From assembly GCA_050239825.1 (NCBI GenBank), contig JBFXGO010000051.1:1-11940 (forward strand): a stretch of 11,940 nt of DNA, written 5' to 3'. The translations under genes and the position numbers were made by a program. Below the pieces are notes generated by a model. That model did no database searches. It saw nothing but the letters and a program-made list of their open reading frames with translations, and was not told the origin of the DNA. Shown in pieces: positions 7,256-11,940 of this stretch (within the stretch, counting starts at the first letter, position 1; the number at the start of each line of letters is the position of its first letter). This DNA is from a bacterium (GTDB taxonomy: Bacteria > Hydrothermota > 32-111).

Positions 7256-7283
7256 TTGACATTTTTTAAATTTTGTTCATAAT
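7256..7283 (+). promoter_or_regulatory. Candidate sigma-70 promoter for the SBP-TonB/HPt operon
   Basis: Perfect -35 TTGACA (7256-7261), a 16-nt AT-rich spacer and -10-like CATAAT (7278-7283), upstream of the AGGAGG at 7307-7312. Confidence 0.6.
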
Positions 7284-7316
7284 CTAATTATTATGAAAAA
7301 AATAAAAGGAGGATTG

Positions 7317-9404
7317 ATGAGGTATATACGCTTCATTCTGATAGCGCTTGCAATACTTGCGCTTTTTGCATCGTGCGAAAAGAAAGTAACACGCCTTCCG
7401 GAGACGGGAGAAGCCGGCGGAGAGATAGTTGTGGGAATAGTGGGAGAACCGGAGAATCTCACTCCGCTTTATCCTTCATTCATATATCACAATGAATTGA
7501 CGGATATGATTTTTTTGCCGCTCCACAAGAAGAATGTAGATGACAAAATTGTTCCGATGCTGGCAACTTCATGGGAATATTCGGAAGATCTGAAAAAGAT
7601 TACATATAATCTTAGAAATGATGTGGTGTGGGAGGATGGTTCGCCTGTGACCGCATACGATGTGGAATTCACATTCAATGCAATGAAAAATCCTGCAAAT
7701 AACTATCCCCTTTTAATGAAACTTCAAAACATTGATTCCGTAAAGGCAATTTCCGAAACGAGAATTGTCTTCTTCTTCAATAAGGTATATCCGATGGCTC
7801 TCTTTGATTCAAACATAAAGGCGCTTCCAAAACATATTCTTGAAAAAGAGGAGAATCTTTCTTTAGCCGGCTTCAACAGGAAACCTGTTGGAAACGGACC
7901 TTACAAATTTGAAAAGTGGGAGACAGGGCAGTATGTCTCTCTTGTAAAGAATGAAAATTATGCGTTAGAAGACAAACCCTTCATAGAAAAGATCATTTAC
8001 AAAATATACTCCGATCAAGCAGTAATGTTTGAAGACATAAAGAGGGGAATAATTGACATAGCTTATGATATTTCACCTGAGAGGCTCTCCGAACTTGGAA
8101 AATTGAAAAATGTGACTGCTGTCAGCAAGAAGGGAAACACATACACCTATCTCGGCTTCAACACTTCAAGGAAACCCCTTGACTCAAAAGAATTCAGGAA
8201 CGGCATTTCGATGCTCATTGACAGAACAGTGCTGATAAAAAACATTCTTCAGGGAAACGGAATTGCGGCAAATGGTCCTACAACTCCCTCCTTCTGGGCT
8301 TATTCCGAAGAAATGAAGCCGGTGGAATTCAGGAAGGCGGACGGAGTCAAAGTGTTGAATTCTGTTTTGAAAAAAGAAACAAAAGGATATACATACAACG
8401 GCAAACCCTATGTTTTCAACATAATAACCGACAGAAATGATGCAATGATGGTCAAAGTTGCCAATGAAATAGCTCTTCATCTTGCAAAGGCAGGTCTGAC
8501 AGTAAAGGTGACAGACCTTCCTTCGGACTCACTCATCATGAAGCTTTTTAAAAGGGATTACGATGCTTATGTTCTGTCATGGCAGGTAAGCGACGATTTT
8601 AATCCATTCCCATTCTGGTCATCAAAGAAGGATGTGGGAAGGTTTAATTTTGTAAATTACTACAATGGAAGCGTTGATTCGATAGTCAATCTTGCAATGA
8701 CAACTATGGATAAGGGCGAAGCGTCAGGTTACTGGAAGGAGTTTCAGAAAATTATCGCAGATGACCAGCCCTACGCATTCCTGTATGTTCCGAACAGAAC
8801 TATAATTGTCAACAATACACTGAAATCATTTGAGAATGTATATACAAGCGCCGTAGAGCCGATATCCAACCTTGATATATTCTATGTTGAAAAGAGCGGA
8901 CAGAAGAAAGTTGATATGACGCTTCTGACAAAGGCAGAGGAGAAGATCGAAGAAAAGAAGGAGGAGGCGAAGAAGACTGAGACAAACAATCAGGCGAAGA
9001 AGACAGAGACAAAGAAAGAGGAACCGAAGACAACGACTCCTGCTCCTACAGCGGCACAACTTCTTTCTCAGCAGGTCTCTTCCCAGCAGAATGCTCCTGT
9101 TGACACTGTCAAAAAGGAGGAGGAGAAAAAACCGGCGGTTATAGTACAGCCAGCTCCGGTCAAAATATTACAACCTGCATATCCCGAAGCTGCAAAGAAA
9201 ATTGGAGCAGAGGGCACCGTGTATGTTGAGGCGATAGTTGGAAAAGATGGGAAAGTCGTCTCTGCAAAGGTAATCAAATCTCTCAACTCCGCATGCGATG
9301 AAGCGGCAGTGAAAGCGGCTTTGAAGGCAGTTTTCAATCCCGGCACAATGGATGGAGTGCCGACCGAAATGAAGACAACAATACCTTACAGATTCAAGCC
9401 GTAA
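7317..9404 (+). CDS. Family 5 (peptide/nickel, AppA/OppA-like) ABC solute-binding lipoprotein fused to a C-terminal TonB domain (~695 aa)
   Basis: ATG 7317 follows AGGAGG (7307-7312); lipobox 'LFAS-C20'. SBP_bac_5 motifs: 'PMLATSWEYSED', 'LRNDVVWEDGSPVTAYDVEFTF', 'PVGNGPYKF', 'YLGFN', 'FQKIIADDQPYAFLY'. A Lys/Glu/Thr/Pro/Gln-rich linker spans about 8930-9150. The TonB_C domain ('PAYPEAAKKIGAEGTVYVEAIVGKDGKV...DEAAVKAA...FNPG...IPYRFK') spans about 9150-9401. One continuous reading frame. Confidence 0.9.
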   Translation: MRYIRFILIALAILALFASCEKKVTRLPETGEAGGEIVVGIVGEPENLTPLYPSFIYHNELTDMIFLPLHKKNVDDKIVPMLATSWEYSEDLKKITYNLRNDVVWEDGSPVTAYDVEFTFNAMKNPANNYPLLMKLQNIDSVKAISETRIVFFFNKVYPMALFDSNIKALPKHILEKEENLSLAGFNRKPVGNGPYKFEKWETGQYVSLVKNENYALEDKPFIEKIIYKIYSDQAVMFEDIKRGIIDIAYDISPERLSELGKLKNVTAVSKKGNTYTYLGFNTSRKPLDSKEFRNGISMLIDRTVLIKNILQGNGIAANGPTTPSFWAYSEEMKPVEFRKADGVKVLNSVLKKETKGYTYNGKPYVFNIITDRNDAMMVKVANEIALHLAKAGLTVKVTDLPSDSLIMKLFKRDYDAYVLSWQVSDDFNPFPFWSSKKDVGRFNFVNYYNGSVDSIVNLAMTTMDKGEASGYWKEFQKIIADDQPYAFLYVPNRTIIVNNTLKSFENVYTSAVEPISNLDIFYVEKSGQKKVDMTLLTKAEEKIEEKKEEAKKTETNNQAKKTETKKEEPKTTTPAPTAAQLLSQQVSSQQNAPVDTVKKEEEKKPAVIVQPAPVKILQPAYPEAAKKIGAEGTVYVEAIVGKDGKVVSAKVIKSLNSACDEAAVKAALKAVFNPGTMDGVPTEMKTTIPYRFKP
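8965..9013 (+). repeat. In-frame 22-bp duplication (27-nt period) in the linker, encoding AKKTET twice
   Basis: aggcgaagaagactgagacaaa (8965-8986) versus aggcgaagaagacagagacaaa (8992-9013). Confidence 0.8.
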
Positions 9405-9410
9405 ATATAT

Positions 9411-9746
9411 ATGACATACAATTTGAGCTCCATTAAGGAGCTCCTCGGAAATGACGAAGAAGCCCTCAAAGAAATATTGAGGGCTTTCGTTTTCGACTAC
9501 GAGAGTCATTTGAAAGAACTAAAAAAAGCAGCGGATGAAAATGATTCGGAAAATATCAGGCGGAATGCGCATGCTTTGAAGTCTGTTATAGGCACATTCG
9601 GCATCAAAGAGGCATTTGATATTTTGGTATTTATGGAAGAGTCGGCAAAATCAGGCATAACAGATGGGTTAAAAGAGAAGACAGATGAATTCTCTGTAAT
9701 CGTTTTGGATTTTCGAGACTGGATTAAAAGAGAGTATAGTATATGA
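9411..9746 (+). CDS. Standalone HPt (histidine phosphotransfer) domain protein
   Basis: 111-aa helical protein with the HPt signature 'IRRNAHALKSVIGTFG', plus 'LLGNDEEALKEIL..F' and 'MEE'. It starts 6 nt after the SBP-TonB stop, so it is probably co-transcribed. Confidence 0.9.
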   Translation: MTYNLSSIKELLGNDEEALKEILRAFVFDYESHLKELKKAADENDSENIRRNAHALKSVIGTFGIKEAFDILVFMEESAKSGITDGLKEKTDEFSVIVLDFRDWIKREYSI

Positions 9747-9771
9747 AAAGAGCCCCGTTTTAGGGCTCTTT
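9747..9771. terminator. Probable bidirectional intrinsic terminator between the convergent HPt and EF-G genes
   Basis: AAAGAGCCC-cgtttta-GGGCTCTTT 9-bp stem with T-rich tails on both strands. Confidence 0.8.
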
Positions 9772-9798
9772 CTTTATAAGAGAACAAATGATTGAAAT

Positions 9799-11877
9799 CT
9801 ATTTGCTTTCTTGTTCTTCCTGATATTTCTTTGATTCTTCGGCTATTTTGGCCACTCTGTCGCGCGGCACCTCTTCGTATGTTTCAAACTCCATTGTGAA
9901 TGTGCCTCTTCCCTGAGTCATTGATCTCAACTGTGATGAATATTGGTACATTTCAGCTTCAGGCGCTGTTGCCTTTATCTTCTGATATCTGCCTGCATGC
10001 TCTGTTCCAAGTATTCTTCCTCTTCTCGAATTCAAATCACCCATTATGTCTCCCATATACTCTTCCGGGACCGTGATTTCAACTTTCATTATCGGTTCAA
10101 GAAGAATCGGGTCCGCAAGAGGCATAGCCGCTTTGATCGCGAGAGAACCGGCTATCTGGAATGCTATATCTGATGAATCAACATCGTGGTATTTTCCGTC
10201 ATATACAATTGCTTTCAAATCGACAACCGGATATCCGGCTATTGTGCCTTTATCAAGAGAATCTCTTATTCCTTTTTCTACAGAAGGAACATACTTGGCA
10301 GGTATTGAACCGCCGAATATTTCATTTCCAAATTCAAAGCCAGTCCCTCTTGGCAATGGCTCGAATCTGACATTACACACTCCGAACTGGCCTCTTCCTC
10401 CGGATTGTTTCTTGTGTTTGCCCTCAGCAGAGGATGTTTTTTTGATTGTCTCGCGGTATTTGATACGCGGTTTTTCGAGAGAGACATTTACTCCGAATTT
10501 ATCCTTCAATTTGTTTATTATAACTTCAAGATGAATTGTGCCGAGTCCGTGTATGAGTGTTTGTTTCACCTCAGGGTCAAAATTGAAATAGAATGACGGG
10601 TCCTCTTCGTGCAGTTTTGAAAGACCCGTAGAAATCTTCTCCTCATCACCCTTTGAAAGCGGAAGGATTGCCATTGAAACATTGGCGCGAGGAAAAGCTA
10701 TTGGCGCAAATTTGGCATTTATATTTTTGTCGCAGAGTGTGTCGGATGTCTTGGAGCCCTTCAGTTTTACAAGCACGCCTATCATTCCCGTGGTTAACTC
10801 ATCTATCTCTTTTCTTTCTTTTCCCAATGAAATATACATCTGATTGACTTTTTCAGATATGCCTTTGGCAGGATTGAAAATTTCAACTCCTCCCTTAAGA
10901 GTGCCTGAAAATACTCTTATAAAATTCATATCGCCTATGTGTTTCTCAACATTTGTCTTGAATATGAATCCTGCAAACGGAGAAGATGAATCCGGATTGG
11001 CCGAGTATTTATCTGATGCTTCAAGCGGTTTTCTCGGCTGAGAGTCCGAAGGAGCCGGCAGATAATTGGTCACAGCATCGAGGATAAGGTCATTTGCTAT
11101 ATTTTCAAGTGAATCTGTGAAACATATCGGATACAACTGACCCGATTTTACGGCATTCAAAAATCCGTTGTTTATGTCATCCTGCGAGAGTTTGTCTTCA
11201 AAGAACTTCTCCATCAGCTTCTCGTCGGAGGAGGCTATGGATTCGAGGAGCTCCTTCTTCATCGAGTCAACCTTTGATTTCATGTTATCCGGTATCTGCG
11301 TCTCTGTCTTTTTTCCGCCGCTGTATGTGTACGCCTTTCCCGTAACAAGGTCAACAACGCCTGAAAAATCGGGACCCTGCCCCAAAGGCAGTTGAATCAT
11401 TGTGGCGCTTTCGGAGAGTATATTTTTTATATCGGATACAATTCTCTCATAGTCAATATTTTCGCGCTTCATTTTGGAAATCACGAAAAGTCCGCCTATA
11501 TGCTCTCTCTTCATAAGAGCCCATGCATTCTCTGTTCCCAAATCTACTCCGCTTGTCGCATCAAGGACAAAGACAAAAGATTCGACGACTTTTGAAGCGG
11601 AGACAACCTCTCCGAAGAAATCCGGAAAGCCGGGGGTGTCTATGAAATTGATTGTTCTGTCATTCCATTTTATTGTGGCGAGCTTCAAACCTATAGTAAT
11701 GCTTCTTTGAATTTCATCGGAATTGTAGTCAAGGGTTGAATTCTTTTCGTCAACTTTATTGAGACGGGTGGTCTCCTTTGCGTTGAAAAGGAAACCCTCT
11801 CCTATGCTGGTCTTACCGGCAGAACCATGGCCGACAAGAGCTATGTTCCTTATGTCAGAAGTTTTTATATCAGCCAA
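9799..11877 (-). CDS. fusA: Elongation factor G, EF-G2/EF-G-like paralog
   Basis: TTG start at 11877 with AAGGAGG upstream (within 11881-11890). G1 'GHGSAGKTS', switch I 'RSITI', G3 'DTPGFPDF'. Domain IV/V motifs: 'HKKQSGGRGQFG', 'YHDVDSS', 'LLEPIMKVE', 'GDIMGDLNSRRG', 'LRSMTQGRG'. No tuf follows it; a terminator does. Confidence 0.95.
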   Translation of the reverse strand: MADIKTSDIRNIALVGHGSAGKTSIGEGFLFNAKETTRLNKVDEKNSTLDYNSDEIQRSITIGLKLATIKWNDRTINFIDTPGFPDFFGEVVSASKVVESFVFVLDATSGVDLGTENAWALMKREHIGGLFVISKMKRENIDYERIVSDIKNILSESATMIQLPLGQGPDFSGVVDLVTGKAYTYSGGKKTETQIPDNMKSKVDSMKKELLESIASSDEKLMEKFFEDKLSQDDINNGFLNAVKSGQLYPICFTDSLENIANDLILDAVTNYLPAPSDSQPRKPLEASDKYSANPDSSSPFAGFIFKTNVEKHIGDMNFIRVFSGTLKGGVEIFNPAKGISEKVNQMYISLGKERKEIDELTTGMIGVLVKLKGSKTSDTLCDKNINAKFAPIAFPRANVSMAILPLSKGDEEKISTGLSKLHEEDPSFYFNFDPEVKQTLIHGLGTIHLEVIINKLKDKFGVNVSLEKPRIKYRETIKKTSSAEGKHKKQSGGRGQFGVCNVRFEPLPRGTGFEFGNEIFGGSIPAKYVPSVEKGIRDSLDKGTIAGYPVVDLKAIVYDGKYHDVDSSDIAFQIAGSLAIKAAMPLADPILLEPIMKVEITVPEEYMGDIMGDLNSRRGRILGTEHAGRYQKIKATAPEAEMYQYSSQLRSMTQGRGTFTMEFETYEEVPRDRVAKIAEESKKYQEEQESK

Positions 11878-11940
11878 AATATCCTCCTTTTAGGTAATTG
11901 CTATATAAAAAAACAGATTAATTATTTTATCTATAATTCC

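Noticed and set aside
7293..7316. ORF-track start at ATG 7293 for the SBP-TonB gene
   Set aside because: The AGGAGG lies inside this extension, and ATG 7317 gives a normal lipoprotein signal with Cys20.
283..11710. Numerous short ORFs antisense to or overlapping the main genes (e.g. 3314-3760, 10046-10534, 9168-9509, 1785-2000)
   Set aside because: They are shadow ORFs of well-supported CDSs, with no recognisable motifs or translation signals.
9799..11877. Canonical housekeeping EF-G1 of the str operon, or a TetM/TetO ribosomal protection protein
   Set aside because: It lacks the AHIDAGKT, DTPGH and NKxD motifs, has no downstream tuf, and keeps EF-G-specific domain IV motifs; it fits an EF-G2-type paralog.

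Overview
Bacterial chromosomal segment from a probable diderm organism (it has TonB, a lipoprotein and a T9SS-type C-terminal domain; FCB-superphylum affinity is inference only). It holds six protein genes: (1) a 5'-truncated hybrid sensor kinase (coiled coil-PAS-HisKA-HATPase-REC); (2) a small secreted hypothetical protein behind a good sigma-54 promoter; (3) a 1420-aa gingipain-like C25 peptidase with FG-GAP/VCBS-like repeats and a C-terminal sorting domain; (4) a family-5 ABC solute-binding lipoprotein fused through a long charged linker to a TonB C-terminal domain; (5) a standalone HPt protein; (6) a standalone EF-G2-type elongation factor with degenerate GTPase motifs. The ~780-bp gap between the divergent peptidase and SBP-TonB genes contains a modular tandem repeat: conserved blocks A and B, a swappable hairpin insert, heptamer tracts and degenerate end copies. 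The most notable items are the SBP-TonB_C fusion, this structured repeat element, a shared sigma-54/enhancer architecture upstream of the two secreted-protein genes, and the EF-G paralog with SKMK in place of NKxD.
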